A stretch of 64,000 bases of DNA from Eledone cirrhosa (taxonomy: Eukaryota): assembly GCA_964016885.1 (NCBI GenBank), contig OZ024745.1:72230001-72294000 (forward strand), read 5' to 3'. Position 1 is the first letter of the stretch. Every line of letters begins with the position of its first letter. The notes beneath the pieces are model-generated. The model made no database searches. It was not told the DNA's origin and saw only the letters and a list, made by a program, of their open reading frames with translations. Shown here in pieces: positions 13,272-26,904 of the stretch. A program made the translations under genes and the position numbers.

Positions 13272-14564
13272 ATACAAATAAAAAAATAATTAATTAAATA
13301 AACGTAAATAAATAAATAAATACGTATATAACAAGCGCACACACATACCTACATGTAAATACACAAATGTTCGGAGACGTAAGTCAATCAAAACATGAAG
13401 TACACATATACACACACCCTACATACGTACGAACCTGCATACTCACACAGACGCAAAACTCCCGTATACACATAACCAAACCATATGTACCAGAATATAT
13501 AAAAAATTATACGCCATAACATATACAATCAAATATACGTACGAGAAAGTTTACGTACCTTCACAAAACATGCAGGTAATATATACTTACCTATGCAAAT
13601 AAGTAATGGTATAAACAAAACATATACTTAGCTACCACATCAAGACGTAAAATATCCACGTATAGATCGTACTATCCGTTAGGGTATAACGTGGGGCTGT
13701 AATACAGGAAAGTTTTGTGTAATTTATGTTTACAAGCCGATATTGCCTCAGATTTTTTGTTTAAGATGTGGTCTGTGGCGTAGAGTATTTACAGGGCCTC
13801 AGCGGCGCAGAGGTCACATGGTCTTTTATTTCCGTTATACGATCTAGCCCTAGCTAGGATCTCACAGTGTAACTTATATTGGGTGTGGTTATCTTTTAGA
13901 CTCCAGATATAAGCTGAAAGGGACGTCATATTCCTTCTTAGAGAGTAACGAAAAGAATGGGTATGCATGTAAAGACGCTGCTTGAATCTATTGGCGGTTA
14001 ACTCTATGTAGGCCCTACGGGACGTGGGTGTTTCAACCTTACATTTGTAGACAATGTTACTAGAGAGGCATTTCCCGGATAGGGGCAATCAACCCGATTC
14101 CTACAATTACAGTTTGTACTAACTACAGGGTTGCACGTGTTCCTACGGCTAGGTAGTTTAGCTAAATTTGAAGCTATGATGTTATGTGCAAGGTTAGGAG
14201 TCGTAGAGTAAGAAATCTTAATAGTATTTCTATTAAAAATTTTACTATATTTGTGTGTTGGGGGAAAATGCTTCGTAATAAGGGAAAGAAAGATCTTAGC
14301 TAATGGTGTGGCCACCTCCATATTATATGGTGGGTTATACCAACAAATGCGACGGGATTTATTTCTTCTAGGTCTATTTTCGTACTCTGTATATGCTACC
14401 TTATCGACAAATCCACTCTGAGCAAGAGCTTCCTGTCTTCTTCCGGTTGCAACGTTTTTTGAAATTTCCACTTCTGCGTTTACAGATTGACTTTGTTAGT
14501 TTCAGAAGATCCCGTTAAGGGTGAAAGCAGCGATTCTTTGCTTAAACTTTAATCTGTTATTTTA

Positions 14565-14570
<6 letters not shown>
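12552..14570 (-). mobile_element. 5'-truncated Penelope-like retroelement 1 with inverted pLTR arm
   Basis: GIY-YIG pseudo-ORF inside; ~14426-14570 is the reverse complement of ~12640-12783; both ends in (TA)n. Confidence 0.88.
13720..14430 (-). pseudogene. PLE linker plus GIY-YIG endonuclease, frameshifted
   Basis: WYNPPYN...KHFPPTHKYSKIFNRNTIKISYS, CNCRNRVDCP/LSGKCLSSNIVYKC, AYIELTANRFKQRLYMH, CDLC. Confidence 0.88.
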
Positions 14571-14640
<70 letters not shown>

Positions 14641-14642
<2 letters not shown>

Positions 14643-15851
14643 AAATGAAAATCCGAAGGCAAGGTAAAATTCCAATCATTTAATCACGACACATGTTTTA
14701 ATAAGAGATAGATCGATTGTGAAGCCATGATCTATTATCACTCATCTATTTTCTTACTTCACCTTCTGTGTTGGATAACACACCTCCACCACTCAAACAA
14801 CTCTCTTAAAAGCTCATTGGCCCATGTGACGGGAAATCGCACTTGCGGACGCATTTACCCAATACCCAACCCTACACGGAGCCCTTTGCCGGCCCACATT
14901 GCAGTTGCTTGCACGCACGGATTTGGTGACACGGATTCTCAACGGGACATCGGTAAACAAGGAGTTCGACATGAGCTGATTGCTTGCTCTTCACATGACA
15001 TGGATGTGTATATACCCGGACATACCCCCCCCCCATTTTTTGGACGATTCGGATGTGTATATACCATAACACACACTTGAAGATATGGATGTTACAATTC
15101 GATCTATACACGTATAGCAGAACACTGAACTGAACTTTCCAATTTACATCGTCAAATTGAGATTTGACCGACATAGCTTCTGTTGCTTTGTGAACTAACT
15201 TTCGGTGAGTGCTGTGTTGGTACATTCTTATATTTGTTTTTTCTCGGACATCGCTTCGGTGTGTGTGAAAGTGTGTGTGTACCCACCCACGCTAATTCTA
15301 CGGGTTTACTACTGATGTGTATATATATGTATATATTTTTCTTTGACCTCGAGCCGATGTATGTAGGTGTGGAGTGTGTGTGTATCCACTCACTTTTAAC
15401 TGTGACTGATTGTATCCCTACAGATTTGATTGATGTCCAGCGTCTTTTGCAGCAATAGAAATCTGAATACTTTTATGACCTCAACTAAAGCAGTCGCCAT
15501 GTCTCTGACTGACTGGTGTGTCTCCATATGAGGGAATGAATTCTGTGAGAGAACATCGTTATTTTTTCTCCTTCATATCAAGAATTTGAAGACAATTCAT
15601 TTTCACCTGATGAGGTCAGTGATAATAGATCATGGCTTGACAATCGATCTATCTCTTATTGAAACATGTGTCGTGAATAAATGATTTGAATTTTACCTTG
15701 CCTTCGGATTTTCATTTTGATACTTATACTCCGTTTTACATCATCTAGCTGTTCCCTCGAATGGAATTGTAGATATACAAAAGCGTGGAAAACTTAATAT
15801 TGCTAACATAAAGTTATTGGACCATTTTACACAACCAATAATGCACCTTAC
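14641..15851 (+). mobile_element. Non-coding or decayed PLE-type insert with inverted arm and HHR
   Basis: 14641-14742 is the reverse complement of ~15618-15721; extra tail to ~15851; both ends in (TA)n. Confidence 0.7.
15597..15684 (+). ncRNA. Minimal type-I hammerhead ribozyme motif
   Basis: TCATTTTCAC-CTGATGA...GAAA-CATGTG-TC-GTGAATAAATGA; stem I TTCAC/GTGAA. Confidence 0.7.
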
Positions 15852-15860
15852 TATATATAC

Positions 15861-15956
<96 letters not shown>

Positions 15957-15958
<2 letters not shown>

Positions 15959-16090
15959 CGAAGGAAATGTGGTAAGGAACCAGATGGACCATAACGCACC
16001 AAAGTACTCAATACTTAGGGTAGTAGAGTGGGTAATAGGAACGAGTAGGACCCCGACGGCTGAGCTCAAGCCGTTTCGACGGCTAATTCT
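15957..16090 (-). repeat. ~130-bp insert carrying the 3' half of an HHR (near-identical copy 21401-21533)
   Basis: Near-identical copies; minus strand GAAA-CGGCTTGAGCTCAGCCG-TC. Confidence 0.75.
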
Positions 16091-16115
16091 GGACTGCTAT
16101 ATATATATTATGCAA

Positions 16116-18528
16116 AGACGAGGATGGACGGGTGATCCGGGAGCCTAAGCAGATGTGCGAGGCCTTTCAAAGGCACTTTGCCCGATTATTCGGGGGAGGC
16201 GAGGGTCCGGGCGGGGACGTGGATTTCGGTCCATACCTCGACGGCCTGCCGCGTCTCTCGATGGTATACCTTACGAACTTTATTTAGCAATGCCGGTCTT
16301 CTTCTCCGAACTCCTCGAAGCGGTCTACTGCAATTGGCAGCAGAACGGGAGAATTCCTTGTTCTGTAGCCAAGGGCGTAGTCTCGCTGGTGAGGAAGGAC
16401 GAGAACAAGGGGGATAATATAAATAATTTTCAGCCCATAACCCTGCTAAACACAGAGTTAAAGATTTTGGCCAAGGTGTTAGCAAAGAGGTTGGCGCTTG
16501 TCGTGGGTGGCCTGGTGGGAGATGCGCAGACATGTGCTATCCCATCCAGGTCCATTCACGATAACCTCCACCTCATGCGATACATCATAGAGAGGGTTGG
16601 CAACAAACCCGGCTTCGGTGAGGCCCTGATCAACTTGGATCAGTCTAAGGCCTTCGATAGGGTCGACCAAGGTTACCTGGATGCGGTGCTAGCGGCGGCT
16701 GGGTTCGGTCCTGTTTTCAGAGGCTGGATCACTGCCTTACATAGCAACCACATCTGTTCTAGGATCAAGGTGAACGGCTACCTTTCGAAGCCGTTCGAAA
16801 TCACACGATCCATTCGACAGGGGTGCCCTCTCTCCTCCCTTCTGTACGTATTGACTCTCGAGCCTTTACTGAGGAAGTTGGAGTTGTTGCAGGGTATCCC
16901 CCTGGAACCAGGATTGAGCAAAGTGGTGTCGGCCTACGCCGATGACGTAACAGTAATGGTATCGACCGACTCGGAGATCGAGGCGATCGGTACCTTACTA
17001 GAGGATTACGAAAGGTTGTCAGGAGCGAAACTGAACCGGGAAAAATCCATCGGGCTGCAACTCGGAACGTGGAGAGGCAGACCGATGCCTCCCGACGGTG
17101 TCGTCGGACACTGGACGGAGGGCCCGGTGAAGTTGCTTGGGGTCTGGTTTGGACCGGACCTCCAGGTGGAAAAGAACTGGGACGAGGTGTTTGCACTAAC
17201 CCAGAAATGGGCCAAGTGTAAGCTGTCCCTAAAAGGTCGGGCGGAGGTGGCGAACATTTACATAGCGTCCGTCACTTACTACCGCCTGACTGTCGTGCCT
17301 TGCCCTAAGGAAACACTCACCACCATGGAACGCATGCTCTTCCAATTTCTTTGGAAGAAGCGCCCTCCTATGGTGAGAAGATCCATCTGCTGCCAACAAC
17401 CTTCGAAAGGAGGGCTGGGGATGCCGCGGTTGATGTTGCGTAGGCACGCATTAAGGCTACGGCACCTACAGGTATTCCTCACTGGTCAACCGGTGTGGGC
17501 TCCGTTCGTGAAACGAGCCTTTCCGAGACTCGTCTCGCTCACCGAGCTGCAGTCCTGGGTCAAGCAAAGATCCGGAAAACTGGGAGACTGGCACACTGAG
17601 TGTGCCCAGGCGCTCAGGGCTCTCTGGCAAGCGGTCCAGGCCATCGGTAGAGAATCCACCTCATCATTCTATATAGGGCTGGTGGCTAGCAGGGGCGATG
17701 ACACCCTTGGAGAGTCGCTGGACATGGAAGAGGACGAACTGGCCAGCCTGTTCGGTAGGACTTTCGGCCCGGGACCAATGGACAACTTCCAGAAGTCACT
17801 AGCCTGGCAGTGCTACCGGGGGGGGGGGGCTCTACCCGTTCGAGAGAGGCTCTACAGACACGGGCGCCCGGGCAGGGATCCCTCGAAAAAGATTTGCCCT
17901 AGATGCGTGCGTCACGAAGAAACCGTTGCGCACGCATTGGTGCAGTGTCCGGGCGTGGCTGATCTGTGGGGCTACGCCGAACGACTGCTGTCGCGGGTGG
18001 CGCCGATTCGATTGACCGCCGAGTCCGTGATGACAATCAAGCCGCCTCCCCTCGTCACAAAGGAAGCAAAGGCGGTTTTTCTGTGCGTAATAGCCATGTT
18101 GAAAGAGGTTGTTTGGTGGACACGATTGAAAGGTCTGAGGTCAGGCAACTTCCTCTCTGGCCATAGTCTGGTCTACTTCTTCCGATATCACTTCGGAAGA
18201 AGGATAAGAATGGAGAGAGAGGTGCTTGGCCACAGGCAGTTTTATGAAAGGTGGGTGATAGTGGCGAGAATGGCTCGTGTAAATGGGCCTTCTCTGTATA
18301 CCATCCTGTAGGTAAAGAAGTGAAGGAGAGGGGAGCACCTTCTCCATGTGCTCCCCGGGCAAAGGATTGCACACTTTTTCGGGGGTGTGTGCAACCCCCA
18401 TCACGTCCCCTCCCTTTTGAGGTTGTTTTCGATTATTTTCATTTTATACCCTTTTTACTCGATTCTATGTAAACTCCCCCTTTGTATTTGTCCCTTCTTT
18501 TTATGCCTTTATGGTAAATAAAGAAATA
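16116..18528 (+). mobile_element. 5'-truncated Tx1/L1-type non-LTR retrotransposon with 18-bp TSD
   Basis: TATATATATATTATGCAA at 16098-16115 and 18529-18546; AATAAA near the 3' end; GC-rich relative to flanks. Confidence 0.9.
16155..18311 (+). CDS. ORF2 fragment: reverse transcriptase plus C-terminal CCHC zinc knuckle; endonuclease missing
   Basis: PITLLN...KILAKVLA, LDQSKAFDRV, RQGCPLS, AYADDV, GGLG, CPRC...ETVAHALVQC. The first ~33 residues of the ORF are probably out of frame. Confidence 0.92.
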   Translation: MRGLSKALCPIIRGRRGSGRGRGFRSIPRRPAASLDGIPYELYLAMPVFFSELLEAVYCNWQQNGRIPCSVAKGVVSLVRKDENKGDNINNFQPITLLNTELKILAKVLAKRLALVVGGLVGDAQTCAIPSRSIHDNLHLMRYIIERVGNKPGFGEALINLDQSKAFDRVDQGYLDAVLAAAGFGPVFRGWITALHSNHICSRIKVNGYLSKPFEITRSIRQGCPLSSLLYVLTLEPLLRKLELLQGIPLEPGLSKVVSAYADDVTVMVSTDSEIEAIGTLLEDYERLSGAKLNREKSIGLQLGTWRGRPMPPDGVVGHWTEGPVKLLGVWFGPDLQVEKNWDEVFALTQKWAKCKLSLKGRAEVANIYIASVTYYRLTVVPCPKETLTTMERMLFQFLWKKRPPMVRRSICCQQPSKGGLGMPRLMLRRHALRLRHLQVFLTGQPVWAPFVKRAFPRLVSLTELQSWVKQRSGKLGDWHTECAQALRALWQAVQAIGRESTSSFYIGLVASRGDDTLGESLDMEEDELASLFGRTFGPGPMDNFQKSLAWQCYRGGGALPVRERLYRHGRPGRDPSKKICPRCVRHEETVAHALVQCPGVADLWGYAERLLSRVAPIRLTAESVMTIKPPPLVTKEAKAVFLCVIAMLKEVVWWTRLKGLRSGNFLSGHSLVYFFRYHFGRRIRMEREVLGHRQFYERWVIVARMARVNGPSLYTIL

Positions 18529-19329
18529 TATATATATATTATGCAAGAGAGTAAAATAAAAAAAAAATCTTAAGAGAACGTACTGAGAAGAAATAGTTTT
18601 CCAGTTTAATAATTCTGTATAAATTTTTATATGTAACTGCTTTTTCATCTACATAGAGCTATGTTTAATTCCTCCAGAAAATTATTGCGTTTTACAGTTT
18701 CTTTTGAGTTTGATTTAGATTGCAGTGTAGTAATATAATTCTTGTCTGTTTGAAGTCATTGTTGCTAATGTATTTCTACGATAACTTTAAATATTTATTA
18801 TTCTTATCTCCGTCGTTCGTTTTGTCCACAGTTAAATATGGGAAGGTTTCATAATTATCTATTTTGCGCTAGCTATAGGCAAGTAACAATGGCCTTTTCT
18901 TCAAAATCGTTCATACATGTAAAAGCGTCAATACGACAACAAGAAAAAAAATCACATTTTTTAAAGATTAGAAGCAAACACAAAAACTACAACAAAGGAT
19001 AAACTTACAGAAAAAACAGAAATTTGAATACGTCTATTATTGAAAAACAAGAAAAATAACACATACATATTTACTGTCTAAACATGATAGTGAATGTGAT
19101 AAAAGTAGCTTACAAAATGTATCTTATATTTCCTTCCTTACGGTGTGATATGAGACTAGAGATTACGTGGTAGATATAGTGAAATTTCTTTTCCACGTTG
19201 GTTAAATCTTTGTCTTATTTGTAATGATACTGCAGAGAGCAAGAATACGATCAAGGCAAGTGAAGATTACGATTCTATTTCAAATCCTAGTTGAAGGTTA
19301 ACCCTCTTAGGTTTATAGTGTGCACGTCT

Positions 19330-19397
<68 letters not shown>

Positions 19398-19758
19398 CAT
19401 ACTGGCAAGCACACAACAAAGTGGGTCAGGAAATAGCTGCAACGTAAGTGCATCAAATAAATGCAGTGTTCAAAAGTGCTATAAATGTTATGCTGTTTCG
19501 TCAGAAAGAGAAAACTTGCTGCTTAAAAATTTCAATTGTTCAGGCCACTCTTGTAATCTTTTACATATCTGTGAGGTTGTTTTACATTCAACTCAGCCAT
19601 ACATTATAGATACCAACTGAAAAAACATCTTTTCTCAAAGTTTGTCCGCATCATAGGTATCTTTAAACGCCTCATCTATTCTGTTTGTGTCTGCTTTTTT
19701 CTGCACTTGCAGCCATGGCACAGCAGCTACGTATGCCTTTCATCCATCATATACACAA

Positions 19759-20730
19759 CTAATTAACGTATAAGTGTGCGCTCTAATTTTTCTTGGGTTT
19801 GTGTCTTTATAATACAGACGTAATTAAATTATTGAACGAGTGAGAAAACGATCGGAACTGTATCGGTCCTATTCAATAGCTTCGTTTCATTGTTATATTA
19901 AACTACCATTGGATTAACCCACATTCAAATAGTAAGTTGAACTTTTTTGATTATATAGTTCGATTTATTTTTTAATTCTCTGTGACTAACTCTTTGCCTT
20001 CTCTATGGATTCCTCTGGTTCAGTGCTTCATGGCGTGTTCCTTTTTTTTCAATTTGAAATAATTGTTTCTACTTTTAGGCACAAGGCCAGCAATTACCCA
20101 GTGCATTACTGGTACTTTATTTTATCGACCCCATAAGGATGAAAGGCAAAGTCAACCTTGGCGGGATTTGAACTCAGATTGTAAAGGGACGTAACTATGC
20201 TGGAAAGCATGGCGTCTGACCCTCTACCGATACTGCCAATCCACCGCCCTTTTCAATTTGAAATAATGCCAAGGTTTTTGCTGAGAACGGTTACGACTGG
20301 CTTACCTCCTCTTGTGTGCCAAGTCACGTGTCACTGAAAGTCGAGATTACTACTAGACTAGCTGATGCTAATCGGAGTGATGTGGTGGATGGCTAATCGG
20401 AAGTCTCTGTTCCAGTAAGGCTAATCCACGCTGATGACGTGATCCTAGCCACTTGCGTACTGTTTACTAACATTACCTAATTTCTGCGCACAGTAGGTCG
20501 ATTCGCACTGGGGCTATCAGATGAAGTCGCAGATACTAATGCATTAGTCTGGGGCTGGAAAATCTAATTTTACACCAGCTTGCAATCGTTTCTTTCACTA
20601 ATTGATCTATGTGTGCATTCTAATTTTCCATGAGCTTGTGCCTTTATAACACAGACTTAATCAAATTATTGTGTGATGGAGAAAACGATTTAAACTGTGT
20701 CAGTCCTATTCGCTAGCTTCGTTTCGTTAT
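19759..20730. repeat. Diverged ~135-bp direct repeats (19759-19895, 20598-20730)
   Basis: Shared CTAATTTT...CTTTATAA.ACAGAC.TAAT.AAATTATTG...GAGAAAACGAT...GTCCTATTC..TAGCTTCGTTTC. Confidence 0.7.
20058..20250 (-). mobile_element. Nin-like SINE copy, full length, with apparent TSD
   Basis: Reverse complement of the family consensus; TTTTCAATTTGAAATAAT occurs on both sides (~20046-20063 and ~20250-20267). Confidence 0.85.
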
Positions 20731-21331
20731 ATACATTTTATTAAGGCTAAATAGTGTCTTGTTACTCTGGAGTTTTGCCTGTTTATCACAGAGTAACAAG
20801 ACTCCCTATTTAGCCTTAATAAAATGAATATCAAAACTCTACTTCGGTATTGACTACTTTTTTCTCTCAGCCGTCAACCACATGCGGATATATATATATA
20901 TAAATATACGTACTTGCGATAATTTATAGTTATGTGGGAGGTGTCTGTAGATGTTTATGAGTGTATGTGAGTTCTTTAAAAGTTTTCTTATACTATGACC
21001 ATTTCAGTGACCGGGTTCAGTATGAATCCGGTGACATCATCAGGTAATCGAAATTTAACAAAGGAATATAATAGACAAAATCCATGGGGCTGAAAAGTAG
21101 AGACAGGAGAGCGGCCGAACATTTAGCAGCTTCTAGCCCGGTCAGCTCTCCTCATATATATATCAATGATATTAATAAATGGAAACTATATTTATAAAAG
21201 CATATTTATTCTATTATATATATTTCAAGGGTACCAAAACTTTGGTATGTTCTCAGCAAATAAAACACGAAGTTTGTTTTATAAATATTGACATACCCAG
21301 GAATGAGACATTAACGGTTCAAGTTTGGTCT

Positions 21332-21403
<72 letters not shown>

Positions 21404-21527
21404 GAGGAAATGTGGTAAGGAACCAGATGGACCATAACGCACCAAAGTACTCAATACTTAGGGTAGTAGAGTGGGTAATAGGAACGAGTAGGACCCCGAC
21501 GGCTGAGCTCAACCCGTTTCGACGGCT

Positions 21528-21627
<100 letters not shown>

Positions 21628-23074
21628 CAAAAGAATGAAGAATAACATGATTGGCTGTACAATAGGGTTTATTTCCAGTATATAAATATATATATATATA
21701 TATATACACATGTGTGTCAGTGTGCGTGTGTGTGTAGATACCCGTGTTGTGTCGGGGGTGGGTAAGGACAGTTAAAAATGGTACTCAATACATGAGTAGA
21801 GTACAGGCATCTTTATTATATATATAGAGTGATTACTTCTACTTGACCATAAAAGCTTAAACATATCTTAGCTGGTGCTGTTGCTCCTTACACAAACATA
21901 CTAGACAGAAAAAGTTATTCGAACGCTAGGCCAAAATACACTCACCAATATGCAACTACTACTGGCTCACAGAATGATTGTTTATTTTTTAAAACATTCT
22001 TTCTCTTCTGATACAATGGACTTCTGAACTATCAAGAGACACCGCACCATGAAACCCCTCTCAATTTAATTGTTTAGCTCCTGTTTGTTATCTTTACTGA
22101 TTTACATTCGTCACGGATGTCTTCTTACAAAATGAAAGAAGTAATACTATCCAGCTATTTTGTATTTACAAAACCTCTTAGGTTTAGAGTGGTCAGAATC
22201 AATTAAAATTGAATCTACATTCATATCCAGCCCTCTAAACAGTTCAAATTGAATTACTAGGAATACATTTTCACACTAAATCAATGACTACATAATTTAA
22301 TCCTTCATCAGAAACATATATCTTGCACAAGCGTTACGCATAGTTAAATGTATTAAAGTTCTTGCTGTATAAATTAACTTTTCTCTTCACAAAAGCAGTG
22401 ACATACACCGTTTGTGTTCCATTCATAAAGTCGTGTATATTACGCTGTTGTTGGGTTTTATTCCACATCAACCCTAACACAGCAGATATGTGGTTGGAGG
22501 CATTTTATCTGTCTTTATGTATTTCAAATTGTCTTTATGTATTTCAAAAACTACATTGACCCATATATCTTAGACTTTATTACACGTTCATAGAGATGTT
22601 ATTTGAGGGAGTTAGCCATCTATATTTAGAAGGTGGGAGCTTCAGCATAGATAGTCTTTCGTTGGTTTGTATGATATACAATATAAAAGGGTGGCTAATA
22701 ATACAGATAAAACAATTAGAGTTATCTTGACAACAAAACTTATATACACCTGTATTAAACTATGAAAGGAATATTCCTAAATATAATTTGAATTTATGAA
22801 ATGTGTTTTTCTAAAACATTGCAATAATTCAGATTCGAGACAAAGTGTAGTTGAGTGAAGAAACACTAGTGTTATTCTCATACCTATCTTATAGAGCCCG
22901 GTAAGCAGCGTTCGATTGGATTCGAGAATAAAATTGCGCTCGGGTGGTTGTATATTCAGTACAAAGACTAATGTTAAATATATGTATTCTAAATTCGGCT
23001 ATTTAATTTATTGCTTATCTATGTGATTTGAGTCATCTATACATATATTTCCACGAGTTTCTGACTATGTAAAG

Positions 23075-23383
23075 CAGAGGTTGTAAAAGTGGGCGCTACC
23101 GCCCCCAGGGGGCGCTGGGTTGGTGATAGAGATGATATAATAGTATATTAGATATCAAATGATACATATCATATATAAATATAGTAAAATAAAAACTATA
23201 TATAATATTTACTTATACCCAGTATATATTATATTATTTATTATATATAAATTAACGATTTTATTTATTATATATTTTTTACAATTTGCGTGTAGGCAGG
23301 TCTCTTTGGAAATAGGGGAAGGGCGCTGAGAATATTACATCGTCGTGAGGCGGGTGGTGCGCCCAGAAGTCTGAGAACCTCTG
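23075..23383. mobile_element. hAT/Charlie-type MITE
   Basis: TIRs CAGAGGTTGTAAAA / TCTGAGAACCTCTG; degenerate 8-bp TSD ATGTAAAG / ATGCAAAC; GC-rich subtermini around an AT-rich core. Confidence 0.7.
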
Positions 23384-23869
23384 ATGCAAACGAACTCACC
23401 ATACGGTGAAGGGTGAGGCATCTGCCTAACATTTTATCCCTATTATCTTCGTCTCTTTCTGTCCCTTTCAACATTCTCAATCTAGGTGTCAGAAGACAGA
23501 GTCCAAATCATCAAGAATAACCTTTTTATTATTTTTTTTTCATTCCTCCTGAGTAAACATATATAAATAAATGAAATGAATGAACTTAAAGTTTAGATTG
23601 AAACTAGACTACTGGAATTGCTTTATTTTTCAGACATCCTCACTCTCGCCATTAGGAGAGAAACATACATCATAATTACCTTTTAGCAATAGTCTCTCCC
23701 CATGCCTGCTTCTCTCTCTCTCTCTCCCTCTCTCTCTCTCTCCATGTCTTATTGTTTTTGATTATATCTAAATTTGTTTTTACTCTTCTAAGTATGAAGT
23801 TAACAAATTTACGTCCACTCAAATACATTTTTATTTCACTTCACATCAATTACACACACAGAGACACAT

Positions 23870-23954
<85 letters not shown>

Positions 23955-24231
23955 GTGTGTGTCTGTGCGTGTGTGTGTGTGTGTGTTTATAAATACACAC
24001 ACGTACACACACACACACATATATGTAATATATATATATATATATATATATACATACACATGCGTATGCATACACACATAAAGATACACATATATACAAG
24101 TATATATGCATATATGGAATGAAAAGATGTTGACAGTGACATTAACGCATCGCCAATACTGAAGAAAATTAATCTCTTGAATCTAGTTAATCCACTGAAT
24201 GTTATATATATATACGCACCCACACATGCAC

Positions 24232-24286
<55 letters not shown>

Positions 24287-25344
24287 ATATATGTATATAT
24301 ATATATATATATATAATATATATATAAACACGATAATATAAATGTAATAAATTTTATTCCCTCCTCTGTATCATTTGTCAACCTAAATTAAATATAGTCT
24401 GGGAACCAAAATACTTTGCACGGAAAGATAGATAGAGGGACAGAGAGAAAGAGTGAGGTATAGCTTGAGGGGGAGCGAGAGGCAAAAAGATAAGTTGGGT
24501 GAGAGCGAAGGAAAAGATATTCAGAAAGAGTAATGGCGTAAAATGAAGGTTTTTAACTTTAAAGTAATACCTAACTAAAATGTCTTCATAAAAGATTTGA
24601 CAAGGCTATCAGAGCTCCAATCATATGGGATCAGATATTGCTGTTGTTGATGTTGCTGCTGCTGTTGTTATAGTTGACGTTGCTGATATGGTGGTGGTGG
24701 TGGTGGTGGTGGTTGCCCTTCTTCTTCTTCTTCTTCTTCTTCTTCTTCTTCTTCGTCCTCGTCTTCTTTCATAACCGGAGTCTTTGGTGTGCCGGGTTTA
24801 AAGGCTTCGCTATTAGTCACGGCTCATTTCACTCTGAGTTAAAATCCCAACGAGGTCAACTTTGTCTTACATCCTTTCGATGTCCGTTGCTAAAATATGG
24901 GGAGAGCGGGGAAAGACGGAGGCAGTGACAGTGGGAATTTGGCTTCATCGTGTTCAGTCCTGATGTATACGTATATATTTATTTACCACACCACATATAC
25001 ATACATATTCTTTTTCTCATACACACTCCAGCTATCAGTAACCTAGTGTTTAGAACATAACTTAAGACACACACGCACTCAGGATTACACGAAACATTCC
25101 ACATGTGCATTGATTTAACCAACCATCCATCCTGGATTCGTAACATAGTAATCCACGATGCAGTACAATTCGACCTACTACAAGGGCAAGTTATTTCTTA
25201 CACTTTTAATACCTCTCCCTCCTTAGGAAGCAAGCTCATACGTATTGATTACATTTCAGATCTATGGCTGTCAACGTTTACCGGGCCGTTTAACTAGGAA
25301 CATTAAAATTCTTTTTTCTTACTACCCACATTTCATTAGCCATA

Positions 25345-25520
25345 TTAATTGTTTCTATTTTAGGCACAAGGCCAGCAAATAACCAGTACATTACTGGTAC
25401 TTTATTTTATCGACCCCGTAAGGATGAAAGGCAAAGTTAACCTCGGCGGGATTTGAACTCAGATCATAAAGGGACGTAACTTTATGCTTCAAAGCATGGT
25501 GTCCGACTCTCTACCGATGC
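25345..25520 (-). mobile_element. Nin-like SINE copy
   Basis: Reverse complement of family core; CATTAGCCATATTAAT repeated on both flanks (possible TSD). Confidence 0.8.
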
Positions 25521-26247
25521 TAATTAACTAATTACTCATTAGCCATATTAATACTTGGAATCCCTTTCTTTTCCTTGCTTTTAGGAGTTTATACTGGGCT
25601 TTGCAGTCTTTTTCGCAGGGCGCAGCGTAAACATTACCCCGTCCCAGGGATAGAGCCTATCACCCTTACTTTCTTCCATGGCCTTATAGTCCTTGCTTTT
25701 TCCCTCCTTTTCCTCTCATTTATGGCATTTATAGTCTTTTCCTCTACTTTGCTATACAACCAGATCTGCCCTTCTTTACCTGTTTCCCCCCTCTGTTCAT
25801 TGCTTGGTTTTGTTTTTATCCTTTTTTCTTTCATATTTCCATCAATATTTCTAATGTTATACACCTGTGAATTGATTTATTGTCTGTAATTTTATTTTAT
25901 AACATGGAATAAATCTGCATTTTTATTTAAACATATCTATTTAATATTTCTGTACGCTCATCAATTTTGAGAGATATATTAGGCGTTGGCATAATCGTAT
26001 CTTAGTACTTTCACATCTCTGGCCGTTTAATTTTTGATTCAGCATCCCTTCCTTCTCTATTCTTGTATTTTATCATTAATGTTTTTCCTATTTTCTCTTT
26101 CTATTTTTTAAAAATGTATTTTTGTTATGTATTCTTTATGTATTATTTATTTATTGATCTTCATTTTATTTTCAACCTTGATTCTCATTTATACTTATCA
26201 CCCTAATATATATCACATAGTAGCTAGTTTGGTTCTATTATCACGTA

Positions 26248-26430
26248 TTGGCAGTATCGGTAGAGGGTCGGGCGCCATGCTTTGCAACAAAGAGTTACGG
26301 CCCTTTATGGTCTGAGTTCAAATCCCGCCGAGGTTAACTTTGCCTTTCATCCTTACGGGGTCGATAAAATAAAGCACCAGTAATGCACTGGGTATTTGCT
26401 GGCCTTGTGCCAAAAGTAGAAACAATTATC
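26248..26430 (+). mobile_element. Nin-like SINE copy
   Basis: TGGCAGTATCGGTAG, GAGTTCAAATCC, CTTTCATCCTTACGGGGTCGATAAAA. Confidence 0.85.
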
Positions 26431-26904
26431 ACCACTAATATTGCTACAGCCATTGATACTGATCCCTACTTCATACTGTTTAACTGATATGTCGGTGTTG
26501 CCGCTTTGACTGTTGTTGTGATGGTAGTTAACTATAACTTCCCTTACCACCGCAATCAATGGCTGGCCGTGTCATGTAACGCCCTACTGCTTAACAATTT
26601 ACAAATGACTTGATACCAGAGTGAGTGGATGATCTCAGATCATGACGCCACTGGGGCGTTAAAAAAGGCTAGGAGGATGAGAGGTTGGGGTTATGTTCAA
26701 CCGGACGCTGGGTGTAGTTTCAGTTCTGGTTCTTATCCAACCAATCTCTTTTTTATTGAACTGTTTAGTTACATGACATAAACAATTACAATAAAGGTAA
26801 ATACAGACCAAGGACAAACACACATACACATACACGCGCAGACACACACACCCATAGACACACACATTTATCCCCCCCCCACACACACAAACACATGTAT
26901 TTAC

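Noticed and set aside
14502-14545. HHR in the PLE1 terminal repeat (CAGAAGA...GAAAGCAGCGATT)
   Set aside because: U4 is altered, stem III is not palindromic and no stem I is visible.
16178-18472. Overlapping alternative ORFs within the Tx1-like element
   Set aside because: Shadow ORFs of GC-rich coding sequence with no motifs.
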